A stretch of DNA of 63,978 bases, the filler included, from Welwitschia mirabilis (lineage: Eukaryota), in assembly GCA_051453625.1 (NCBI GenBank). It is 9 parts of one record of this genome, joined end to end, with 100 filler letters (N's around TTAATTAATTAA, not from the genome) between each part and the next. Parts side by side here need not be neighbours in the genome. Positions count along the whole stretch, not along the records: positions 33,344 to 54,686 come from JBOZIK010000001.1; 8 more parts are not named here. One strand, written 5' to 3'. Under the pieces are notes generated by a model. It was not told the origin of the DNA and did not search any database. It saw nothing but the letters and a program-made list of their open reading frames with translations. The translations under genes and the position numbers were made by a program. Shown here piece by piece: positions 38,992-51,127 of this stretch. Position 1 is the stretch's first letter, and each line of letters starts with the position of its first letter.

Positions 38992-39960
38992 GGAGTGGGA
39001 GATTGTTATGTTGAAATTTTAGAATTATTAGTCTAATCTTATTTTGGTTTTGATGAAAGCAAAAACGGGGTTGATATATCTTGGGTTAGGAAATTGAATG
39101 ATTTTCACCCATATGCAAGTGTATTCAACTATGTTTTTAAAAATTGCTTGCAAAATCAATTATGTCGCCTTTATCCAATGTCTCATGAAGATATGCTAGT
39201 TCATAATGTTTTCCATAATTAAGTAAGTATTATAACCTTAGAAAATGGAAAAAGTTAAAAGTTCATGGATAATAAAAAGTTTTGTAAATTGATATACTTA
39301 TGTACTACAACATTTAGAGCTTATACCATGAAATTAGGTGAAGGGTAGAGGAAGAAGAGAATTCTTGAAGGATTGATAATTCCAGACACAAGAGATGATT
39401 GGTGTTATCATGATCTTGATTAGCAAGCATGTGGATAACAATTCAACTTTAATATAATGATTAGAAGAGATAGGAGTAGAAGCTACTTGAAAAATATAAA
39501 ATAGATGTTTTGTAGTGAAGAATTAAGCTTTCATGTTTAAGTTCCAAGGACTAAAAATTTTAAAGGATGGAGAAATATCACATCTAGAGTTTTAAGGTCT
39601 AAGGAATAGCTCAAAAATTAAATTAAAACAATCTTATTATTATAGTATCTACAAGCTAATGTAGTTCTTGTATTTATATTCTAGAAAGTTTTTTATTTAA
39701 AAGTTATTCATGTTGTATTAGCTATAATATTATTATGTTGTTGTAATTTTTAGTAATTATGATCTTGAATGGAAAAAGTAGTGGTTTTGATAGTGGGTAA
39801 ATTAATGGATTGCATTAATATTATTTTCAGTTATGAAATGATTGTACCATATTTTATTTTACTTGGAAAGAAAAATATATATTATTATGTGATGGTTCTC
39901 TTAATTTTTTATTTTTATGAAAGATAATATTATTTGGTATATTAAGCACCTAATAACCAG
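38992..39960 (+). mobile_element. Copia-type PPT and LTR remnant
   Basis: GGAGTGGGAGAT|TGTT at 38992-39007 followed by TTTGGTTTTGATGAAAGCAAA, a motif common near copia LTR starts. Right end uncertain. Confidence 0.4.
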
Positions 39961-39981
39961 AAAAGTATTGATGAGGTGTTA

Positions 39982-41732
39982 TGTAACCCCCACCATCTTA
40001 ACCATCCCCCTTTATGATGTTTTGTCTTCATATTCTCATGACCTTTCACATTTCACCAAACCTTAGTTATAAATAGAACCCTCCTTCTTCTCTTCTATCA
40101 CTTTCATTTTTGGAGAAGCTTTCACTACCGAACCTTGGAGCTTGGATAAACCTTCGAACCTTTGAGTCTTAAAATCTTTAGGAGTTCTCAAATCTTTGTT
40201 TTAATCTAGGTTTGGTTCCCATTTTATCTTGCATCCTTATTTAGTTATTTTATTACATGCATTTCTTTATGCATTTAAGTTCTATACATTTCTTACAAAA
40301 AAATGAAAAGATGTTAATTATTAGTGCCTGAATAAATGCATTCTTGATTTCAAATCCTAGTTTTTACTACCTTCTCATAGAAATCTTTATGAAGTTCTGT
40401 TCTTATTAAGAATATTTTTTCACCATCTTGCTTATGCTTCCTTGATACCTTAAATTCTTAAAATCTCATGAAATGAATTTTGCATAGATTGTCAGATGAA
40501 GCAGTGAAAAGTAAGAATTCACAGATCACTAAATGAAGTAGTGGGATTGATTGATGCATTAATTATATCATATATTTTCAAATAAGGCAGTGGGCTTCAC
40601 AGATCATCAACTGAGGCAGTGGAATAAGAGAATATATTATGAGAAATCCACAGATCGCCGAGGGAGGTATGGATCCCATAGATAGTTGAATGAGATAGTG
40701 GGAATGAGAGATTGACCACAAATCACTAAATGAGGTAGTGAAGTAAGTGAAATGTAAAAAAATATTATGATGAAAAATGTTTAAAGAACTAGTTATTTTC
40801 TCATATCTGATCCATAAGATTATCCTTTTGAAATCCTTGACATAATCATTGTTTCTTACCTTATTAAATTCTTAAGAATTGGTACCTTAAACTTGCCTTG
40901 CCTGAACCATACTAGAAGCTATGATTTTCACGGTTCTCACTCCATAATTCTTGTATTAAATAGGTGATAAAACTAGAGCTTAATTGCCAAGGTGGGCAAA
41001 GAAAAGAGGAGATTATCTTTTTCAGTTTAGGTTGAGGAATTGTTTTGGAGTGAGATTTGTATACCTATTGAAAATCTTGAATTCGTCTATATTATAATTA
41101 TCTTGGAAATACATTGAATGTTAGATTATGAGATCCTTCTTAAGATCTTATTTCAATGAAATATGAAGTTTGACTATGCATCTCTTGTAAAAATTTCTTA
41201 AGAATTTAGCTTGGAATGAAATCTATAGTTCTTTATGAATCTTGAATTTTTCAGCAATTGTGGTCTTGAGAATAATTTCTAGAATTAAATCATGTACAAT
41301 TTTGGTTATGGCTTTGAACATGTAATAGTAGATGTAACTGATTTTCTTGTTAAAAATGTTTTATTTCCATTGTCTTTTCCTTGCAAAAAATTTATATATA
41401 ACTTGATAGAATAAATCATGATATTATAGAATTGTTATGTTTCCAAAAATTTAGATAGATAATTAGTAATCTACCATCTATTGTAATAGGTTATTTTTAT
41501 TCATAAAAAGATGGAACAATTAAGGTATCATGGAGGAAAGGACCACACTAGAAAGAGTTACTATTGAAGAAAGTTATAATTACTTGAAATGAACATTACA
41601 GAGTTAAATTTTCTATTTAAAACATGGTTAATTTACAATTAATGCATATAATAGAGGGGAAGGATGAGGACTTAAGCCTTTGGTAAATAAGTAATGTTCA
41701 TATTATTTAAAGTTAGAAATATGGGAATTACA
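39982..41732 (+). mobile_element. Complete ~1.75-kb LTR, Tekay/Del-like termini
   Basis: Starts TGTAACCCC, ends GGGAATTACA; TATAAATA at ~40068; last ~225 bp homologous to 33344-33569, which is followed by a PBS. Confidence 0.8.
40482..40752 (+). repeat. Six or more irregularly spaced copies of CACAGATCRYYRARTGAGGYAGTG within the LTR
   Basis: Copies near 40484, 40520, 40598, 40649, 40677, 40717. Confidence 0.8.
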
Positions 41733-44716
41733 ATGAGGGCTAAGGAAATGAAGTATATTGACTAATGTTTCTATGATTTAAAAGCATGTTAAAATTAAAC
41801 AAAGTTATAGTTAAAATACGTAATAACATTCTTCGTAATACTAATACGTTAATAAGGTTAAAAAATGACATTCTTTTATAATAGTCAAAACTAACTTAAA
41901 GAAGTGATTACAAACATATTTCTTCTTTTAGAGAATAAATAAATGGTATTAAAGATTTTTAGATTTTGAAAATGTAGATAAGAACTTAATTATACATGCT
42001 GTAATTATTATATGGCATAAGGGTGGACTAAATATCTAGTGCTATTAGATCAAAGCTGAAAGTAACTAGGTTGGATTTGGACAATACTTCAAAATTAATA
42101 GTAGCATCTATTGGCTTATTATTATAATATATTTTTAGTTACTAATCATATACAATGAAATAACTATTGTTTGTTAGGATTTTGATTACAACACTCCCAT
42201 TCTAGTTTATTTTTACAACCTCAAAAGCTTCTTTCTACTGAGTAACTAGGTTTTTGAAAAATTATGTAATCTCATATTGTAAAATAAAACTTTATCATGC
42301 ATCTTGAAATTATTTGTTCTAATTTTTTATCATGATGAAACTTTAATTATTTCTTCATATTTACTTATTAGTTCATTACATGATATCTTATCTCATCTAA
42401 TTTTTCTAGTTGTAGTGTTCTTTTTGGGATGTTATTTTCATTGTCAATATTTATCTTTTTCATTAGTTTTAGATACTAATCCTTCTTTAAATTAGCTATT
42501 TTAACTAATATTATTTTGATACCTTATTGAAATTCTTAACTTATCCATTCATTTATAGATGATAAGTAATGATAACCTTCTGTATGATTCTTATCAATCT
42601 CATTAAATTCTTTATAGTTTAGTTGATACAGTAAATTCATTAGTTACTAATAAGAATCATGAATGGTTAGAACATTATGAAATATGCTTCTTAAAAAAAT
42701 TAACAACCATTTTGACATTGTTCATTCTAGTTACTTTAGATTCTATTCATTTTATGTCATCATGATGAAACTTGAATTTTTGATTAAACAAGGTATTAAT
42801 AGTCATAATTTTCTATTACTTTTTAAACTATATTGGTACATTTAGGACTATGTTTGTACTTTTCAGGTGTGAGGAATCTACAACATTTAGTGAGTTTAAA
42901 ATGATGCGTTATGACCCAGTTTAAGGCTATTTATGATGATCATAATCAGGAGATCAAGATCGAGGGAAAAAATGTAGAGCATGAAGGACTACTCCAACTT
43001 ATCATCTTCATAAGTGATGCATGATTCATTTTCTATCATCATATCTTACCCACTTTTTAATGCAATGATTTTAACTTGTTCTAACACTGGATGCATAGCA
43101 TTAGATGACATCAAAGCCTTCTAAGGAATTAGTACCTTAAAAATTTTCATTCCAAGATCTATAATTTGTGCATTTCTATCATTTCTGAGTCAAATTTAAT
43201 ATTTTCATGTAATATTAGTTATAAGAGATAAAATTGGATTAATTTAATTTTTGAAAGTTACGATAGTTATTTTAAAACCACTTGTGGTGCTAAAGCATCA
43301 TTTTCATGAGTAAATTGGTGCTATAGTATTATGTAATAGTTGTGCCTAGTCAAGCATGAGTCACTTGTAAAACTTCAAAAGTTATAAAAAACTCCTTAGC
43401 CTGAATCTAATCTAATTATATCTATAAAGGCCTCCCTTAATTTTTAAACTCATATAATGATGTTACTATACTAAATTTATGCCATTTGAATGCTCTTAAT
43501 TGAATTAAAGACATTCTCAAGCATTAGAAGAAGATTTTATATCACATTTCTTTCTTATTTCTTCACTTCCAAGTTGATCTTTTGATGTTAGCTTTAGAAG
43601 CCTTATATATTCTTCATTCTCATCTTTTGCTATCATAAACATCCATTTTTAGCCTTTTACATCTTTTTACATTCCATTTTGTATCACCTTTTCCTTGGGA
43701 AATAGAAGAGCAAGAACACATGAGCAAAATTTCCCAAAATTAAATTCTATTTTTTCAAAAATATTCTCCATTTTTATTATAGTGAAGAGATTACTTATAA
43801 AGGAAAATATAGCCTTAGGGTTCACTAGGGTTTTCATGTCTCCTTAGGAGTAAGATAAGGGTATGCATACAACCTAAATGTGGAAATACACTCTCTTCTA
43901 AGAAAAATCTAGAGTACTAGGAAAAAACCTTGGAAATGGGGCTTGTAATAAAACCTCCTTAAAGGGATTGCAATGTGAAAGAACTACTTCATTAAGAAAG
44001 TAGTTAATTTATTACTACACATCTCATAGTAGATAGAACTTATTATGTGCATTGCACATTCGATAGTACAAGGCCAAAAAATGTAATACATAGTTTCTAA
44101 TACTGGGCAATTATTATACTAAACATGTCCTAGTACTATGGTTAAGAGTGATTTTTAATAGAGACTCAAAAATCAAAGGAAGCACGTAATGTACAAGAAA
44201 GAATAAGTTTGAATTAAATCATTATCAATATAATGTTGGATTGGAAGTGCTAAAACTTCGCTTGGTCAAGAATCTTTCATTGAGTATCACTAATTAATTT
44301 TATAATTGGATGAATTATTGATATAATAACTTCATGCTATATAATTTTCTTAGTTTTATGGATCAATGCCCATGTACTATTTTGTATAAGTGCATAGTAT
44401 TTTTCTTTCATGGCTTGGATACACTGATTATGTAGAGTAATATCTTTAAAAGAAGTTGGTTTACCATCAAAGGTTAAGTGAAGCTCATTATCATTATGAT
44501 CACGAGTTGTATGTGAACTATTTTTGGTTTTAATTTTCCTCTTGTCATCATCATGGACGTCTTAGAGAATTGACTATAACCAAGTGCATTAATGTCATCT
44601 CTATGTACTATCAGCTTCTTCAGCTAAAGGACCATCTAAATTGCTACTGGAATCATGGTTAAGCATGATAGGAGTACAAAATTACTTAATTCCTATAGGT
44701 TGTAAGGTAACATACC

Positions 44717-47700
44717 TGAGAGAAATAATGAACTCATGAACTTAAGACCATTCTACATAAAACTATGTTATATGTATATTACTTTGCTATGAGATTAAGA
44801 CTTATTAAATCTAAATTAATACATCTTAAAATGGAAAGAGTAAATTAAGGAATTCCTCTAAGAAAATCTCTTAGGAAGTTAAGAAAATAAATAAAACAAA
44901 ATCATAACAGATTTAAAGCACAAAAATAGGACGTTTATGCTACATCCTATCATTCCCTTGTTGATGTTAACTAATTCAACATTAAGAAAATTTCTAAATT
45001 CCACAAATTAATCATAAGTAAGAGGTTTGGTAAAAACATTAGCTATCTCAAAACTTGAATTCACTTGATTAATATTAATAAAGTTTTTATTAACAAGATC
45101 TTTGATAAAGTGATGCTTGATATTTATATGCTTGGTTAAGGCATGATACACTAGATTTTTGGTAATTGCAACTACAGCTGCATTGTTATAATGCATCTAT
45201 ATTGGTGATCTAGTAGAAAATCCCGTTTCTTAAAGTAATAAATGGATCCAATTAGATTGATTTATGGCTTTTGAGAGAGCAACATATTCTACTTCTGTTG
45301 ATGACAATGCAACTATGCTTTGCTTATTCAAAATAATGAGACAAGAGAATGCCTAAAAAAGAAACAATATCCTATAGTAAATTTGTAATCATTAATGGAG
45401 CCTTTCCAATCAAAATCTAAATAAACATAAACCATAAATTTCTTTTTTTTTAAACCATAGAGTAAAATTGCATGTGGTCTTCAAATATTCGAGAATATGT
45501 TTGCTACTTTCTAATGTAAAATCTTTGGTTCTTGATAAATCTAAAAAGATAATTTACACAAAATTGAATATCTAGTTTGGTGATTATAAGATATAATAGA
45601 CTTCTAATAAGAAAGAAATATAAGATAGCATAAATAATTAGTAAGTTATCTTTCTTGGTGAGTTTAATACTGACTAGAAATGTAGTGTAAGCTGGCTTGC
45701 AATTTGTTATATTAAATTTTTCTAGAAGTGTTTGAGTAGACTTTGGTTGGTATAGATAAACAATAAGGGATCATGTTTGACTTGGATCCCAAGGAAGAAG
45801 GTCATTTCACTAAGATTAGTCATTTTAAATTCTATTTTCATCATTTGTTGAAAGACCTTATTCATCAAAGTTGAAGATGAAAAATAGATAAGATCAAAAA
45901 CATATAAGCAAATAAATGTGTAGTAAGAATTCACTATTTTTTATAGATGTTTGTTTAAGTGAAAAGATGCTAAAAGCCAAAGTTAATGAAAAAAATCATG
46001 AATCCTTCTTAACCAGGTTTGTGGTTCCTATTTAAATCTATGTAAAGCTTTATGTAGATAATAAACATAGTCAGGATATTTTTCATTTACAAATCCTTGT
46101 GTTTGTTTAATACATACTTCTTCTTATAGATAGTTGTCAAAAAAAGCAGAAGTAACATCAAGTTGAAGAATATGATTATTTAATTTAACTATAATTGCAA
46201 AGAAAATGTGGATAGATTCTACTCATAAAACTAGCACAAAACTTTTTTAAATCTTGAGCTTAATGTTGATTATAATCTTTGGTAATAAGGTGAGCCTTAA
46301 ATTTTTCAATGAAGCTAATATGACCATGTTTAATGTGGCAAAACCCATTTTAAACCAATGATAGATTTATTATGTGGATGTGAGATTAGTATCCATGCAT
46401 GGTTTTTATTAATTTAATATAGTTTGTGATGCATTTCTATTATCCATTAGGGATGCTTCAGAGCCAATTCTACTATGCAAGTTTAACCTCGTCTTCCATC
46501 ATACTATAGCAACAAGTGACATATAATCTAGATATTAATGATTGTAAAAGGAACACACTTAGGGGAAGAAAATTCACATGAAAAACAAGATGCAGTAGGG
46601 GTTACTTTTAAACATGTGGAATGATGAGAGGGTAGGGTAGAAAAGATAGCATTATTAGAGTGTAGAAAGTGGGGTAGAGCGGAATTATTATTAGATGATA
46701 GGCTGAGGATACATGTGAGTGTAAAGATTAAAAGAGTAAAGGGAACACCATATAAAATGGAGATAAGGGACATAAAAATAGCATTAATGAGGTGGTATGA
46801 ATTACCACCATTAAAAAATATTATGGTGGATCATGAAAAGAAAGGTACACCTCATTTGTAATGTTCGAATTTACATGGATTATTAGAGAAGAACACCCCC
46901 TTCTCCTCCTTAAAAATAAATGGGAAAAATAAATCTTTAAAATAAGGTGGATAATATAAAAGTCCATATTTTACATAATATGGTATGTAAGAAAAAGAAG
47001 TATCATTATAAAACAAAAAGGATGAAAGAGGTTAACGTGGATGGAATACCCTGTTAGTAGGATATGCAGGCTGTATGGGAATATGTGTGCATGATGACAT
47101 AAAGGTGAAAAGCCTTGATCAGAATTGCATCATAGAAACTATTTATTAGGGGTTATTAAGATGCACTTGTTATTACAACATAGAAAGATTAGATGTAGGA
47201 TAAATTAGACTTATTCGTAAGAACTATATAGAGTGTGCTATTGTAAAGGGCTATTGCTATATAATTGTGGGCTGAGAGGCTAGCACCTATAAAGTAATTA
47301 ATAGGTTACATTATAATGGCAATTAGTGTTCTAGTGAGAAGTTGAAGAATTCAACATGATTAAAGGATCATGGAGTGATGACGCTAGAGTACAAGAAAGC
47401 CTTGATGCTTGAGCAGGATCTTATAGCATTGATGCTAGATCAAGATGAAGGATCATGATTACTAGAGAAGAATGATGAAATGGAGACATTGAAGAGAATG
47501 TGTGTTGCTATAAGATTGATAATGTCTTCTATAGTTGATATAGGGATGTCATCTGTTATAGATAATGCATAGGCAATGTGTGAGAGGCTGAAGATAAGAG
47601 GTTGCCTGCTAGAATACTATTAGAGCAGTAGCTATGGTTCATAAAGAAAGAAATTAAATGGTAATAGAGAGAGAGTACTCGAATGAGGTGGGTGGAAGAT

Positions 47701-50700
47701 CAATGCTAGGATGCTAACATGAAATATCGACGTGGAATATGGCTTGGTAGAAGCAAATAGGATTTTTAATTAGTGTTATGAGGAAGTACAAAAATTGAAA
47801 AAAGGCATGGAAGGTAGAACATCTGTGGTCTACTGTGTTGCAAGCATCAAGAAAGTGAGTTACTTAGAGAACTTGATGTCCAGCATTTTTAAGATTGGGT
47901 GATAGACACCCAATCAACCAATGGAAGACAATTCTTCATGAGGGGCATGAACACTATGTAGAGGTGTCATATTATGAGGCACATGAGCTTAGATGAAAGA
48001 GGAATCCATCACATTAAGAGAAAGGGTGGTGAACAGGAATAGGGATTGAAACAATGAGGAAAGGTATTAAGCATGAAAATTTAAGAGTGTGAGGTAAGGG
48101 GTAAGGAAATGATTTAGTTAAACCAATCCCATGTGAAATGGTCAGTTTAGTGGGATAGTGAAAAGAGGAAGGGAATGGAGTAGTAGGGCCATGGGAGTAG
48201 GGATAAGGAAAAATGTATAGAAAGTAGGAGGATCAAATAGAAGGGAATAAGATATTGGAATATAGGGCAAGATGCACATGATTAAAAACAAGGAAGGATA
48301 ATTGTATTTAGAAAAAGGATAGGATATGTGTTAGGAGAAAATTAGAGGGTATTTATTAAAGGAAAAAAATTAGTATTAGGTGATAGTTATTAGGGTATTT
48401 AAAAAAAGAAAATGAAAATAAAAAGGGGTAATTAAGAAAGGAATAATGAAGAGATAAAAAAGGGAAAAAAGGGTAATAGGAGTAAAATTTAAAATGGGTT
48501 AGAGGAATGAATATTAGGAGGTGGAGATATTGGTGGAGAGAATACATGATTATTATTAATAATGGATGAAAAATTAGACATATCATCTTCATGGAAATTA
48601 TATCTATTGAAATTAGTAATATTTTCTATTCTAAGTAAAAATAGTGAAATGCTTTAAAACTAGAATCATACCCTTAAAAAATGCAGACCCAGGCCTTTTC
48701 ATCTAACTTTTAATAAAACTGATTAGGTACCTTCGCATAGTAAAGTAAATCAAAATATTTTAAATGAGAGATATTTGACTTTCTTCCATACCATAATTGA
48801 TATGGTGTTATGTTGTCTAGACTTTTGGAAGGTGCTTGACTTAAGATGTAAATGGTAGTGGTATGTGATTCATTTCAAAAGGAATTATGTAAATTGCTTT
48901 GATGTAAAAGATATCTAGCCTTAGTCATGGTTGTTTGATTTTTCCTTTTCACGACCCCATCTTGATGTGGAGTATATGCTGGTTTGATAAATGATACCAT
49001 TATCTTTACAAAACTACTCAAAACAATTTGAGATAAATTCTTTTCCTCTATTACTTCTAATTTTATTCAATGTATTTTTCTTTTACATTTATACCATGTT
49101 ATTAGATACTTTCAAGTATTCTAAAGTCTGATCTTTAGTCTAAAGTAAATAACTCTAGAACATTCTAGAGTAAGCATCAACTATTACATAAAAGTAAAAA
49201 CTTTTTCAAAAATTCATTATCTGCATTAGACCATATAGGTTCCTATGCATAAGATCTAGGAAATTTTTAGATCTCTATTCAAGTCATGAAAACAGAGATT
49301 TCTTTGTCTTTCTTATTACACAAATCTGATAACTTATTAAATCAAGAAGATAAAATTCAAACATATCTCGAACAAAATTCCTTTTTTACATTGTATCCAT
49401 AAATCCTAAATTAACTTATCTTAGTCTGAGGTGCCAAATCCATGTATCTGATTTCATTATTATTATATAGATGATATCCATTTTTATCTACATCTTATAC
49501 ATTCTATTCTGACTAGTAGGGATTAATGCAATTTCTTTACCATCATATTCAGTAATTTTGTAGAAATTGTTGATAAATTCTCCTTTGTTTCCTTTAGAAC
49601 AAAGCTGTACAATACTTAATAGATTCTTCTTCAAATTAGAAATAAAATAAATATTAAAAAATGATATATTATCTACCTCTATTTGTAAAAATATCAACTA
49701 ATACAATTCCTTTAATGATTACCTTTACACTCATGCCAATGGTTGCTTCTCGTTGATGTTTGCATACATTAGTTAGTAGCGATCTATTACCAATTATATA
49801 ATGATTGCAACTGCTATCTACATATCAAACATTATATGTGTTTGCCAAAAATCAATCATTGGATGTAAGACAGAATCTTGATCCTTGACCTTCTCAATGA
49901 AGAAGAGTTATTCATGACTTTTTCTTCTTCTTCTTCTTCAATATAATGTGCAGCTTATTTCTTCTAATTATTTTTTTTTCAATTAGTAATTTGATTCCAT
50001 GTGATTTTATCTTTTGTAATAATTACATCATTTTCTAAATCTGGTTGAATTTGATCTAGATTCAACTTATCCTTAACTTCATCCTTGATCATGATAATTT
50101 TGACCACCACAATTGCTATTCCTTTAACCATGATTATCATGACCATGTCCTTAGTTGGATGATTGTTCTTGATGCCAATCTTGGTGTGAATACCTTATTG
50201 TTTTGGATTTAAAAAGTATTTGTTGCATATTCTTCATATAACTAATTTCTTTGCTCAAAGGTTTTGAAACTTCTAATAAAATCAACCATTATCAATTGAT
50301 CAATATCTTTACTTTCTTCTATTGCATAGATGGTAGATCATAGGACCTTATGACTATTCAAAGAATCTTTCCCATAATCTTTAATTCTTTAATTCTTTCT
50401 CCAAAAGTTTGAAGCATATTTATAATATTTTAAAAAAATAGTGATGTGATTTTCAAGAGATTCATACTCTTTCATGATAAGAGTTTCATATTATCTAGTG
50501 AGAATTTGCAATCTTATCTCTTTTTTCGATCTGATTCTTTATACTCAGTTTTGAGTTCTTTTCAAGATTTTTTTTGCATGTGTATGACTTGTAATCTTTA
50601 AAATGACTATGTCAATTATGCTTATTGGAAGTAAGAAAAATGCTTTGGAATTCTTGCATTTGAAGGATGTAAGAGTTATTGGATCTATAATGTGATCGAT

Positions 50701-51127
50701 TCCAATAGCTACCAGCTCCTACAGATTTTGGAACATGAAGAATGTCCTCCTCTTGATTGCCTAATAATTACAATCTTCTCCTAAAAAGTAAGGAGCGTAC
50801 ATGAACGTAGACATAAAAGTGCTTGCTTAACTCTCTTGTGTTATCTCAACTATTAAAGCTTCAACAAAACAACCTAGGCTTTAGTAACTATTAAGAGAAA
50901 CAATGAACTTACAAATTCAAGACATTTCTGCAAAAAACTATATTATGTATATATTACTTTGCTATGAGATCAAGCCTCATTAAATATATATCAGTACATC
51001 CAAAAACGGAAAAGAGTAAACTAAGGGATTCCTCTGAGAAAATCTTTTAGGAAGTTTAGAGAATAAAAGAAAGAAAATCATAATAAATTAAAAGCATAGA
51101 ATAGAGTGTTAACATCACATCGTACCA
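44717..51127 (-). mobile_element. Full-length nested Ty1/copia element with two 236-bp LTRs and a 5-bp TSD
   Basis: LTRs 44717-44952 and 50892-51127 align end to end; ATACC at 44712-44716 and 51128-51132; degenerate PBS (~50878-50890) and PPT (~44953-44962). Confidence 0.93.
44990..50814 (-). pseudogene. copia gag-pol polyprotein of the nested element
   Basis: ATG 50814 MSTFMYAPYFLGED; YFISNLKKNLLSIVQL; LDLMHRNLYGLM (INT); MKIEFKMTNLSEMTFFLGIQV (RT); NLVYHALTKHINIKHHFIKDLV, IANVFTKPL (RNase H). Confidence 0.9.

Noticed and set aside
42170..44150. LTR-like AT-rich region
   Set aside because: No partner LTR, PBS, PPT or TSD could be fixed.
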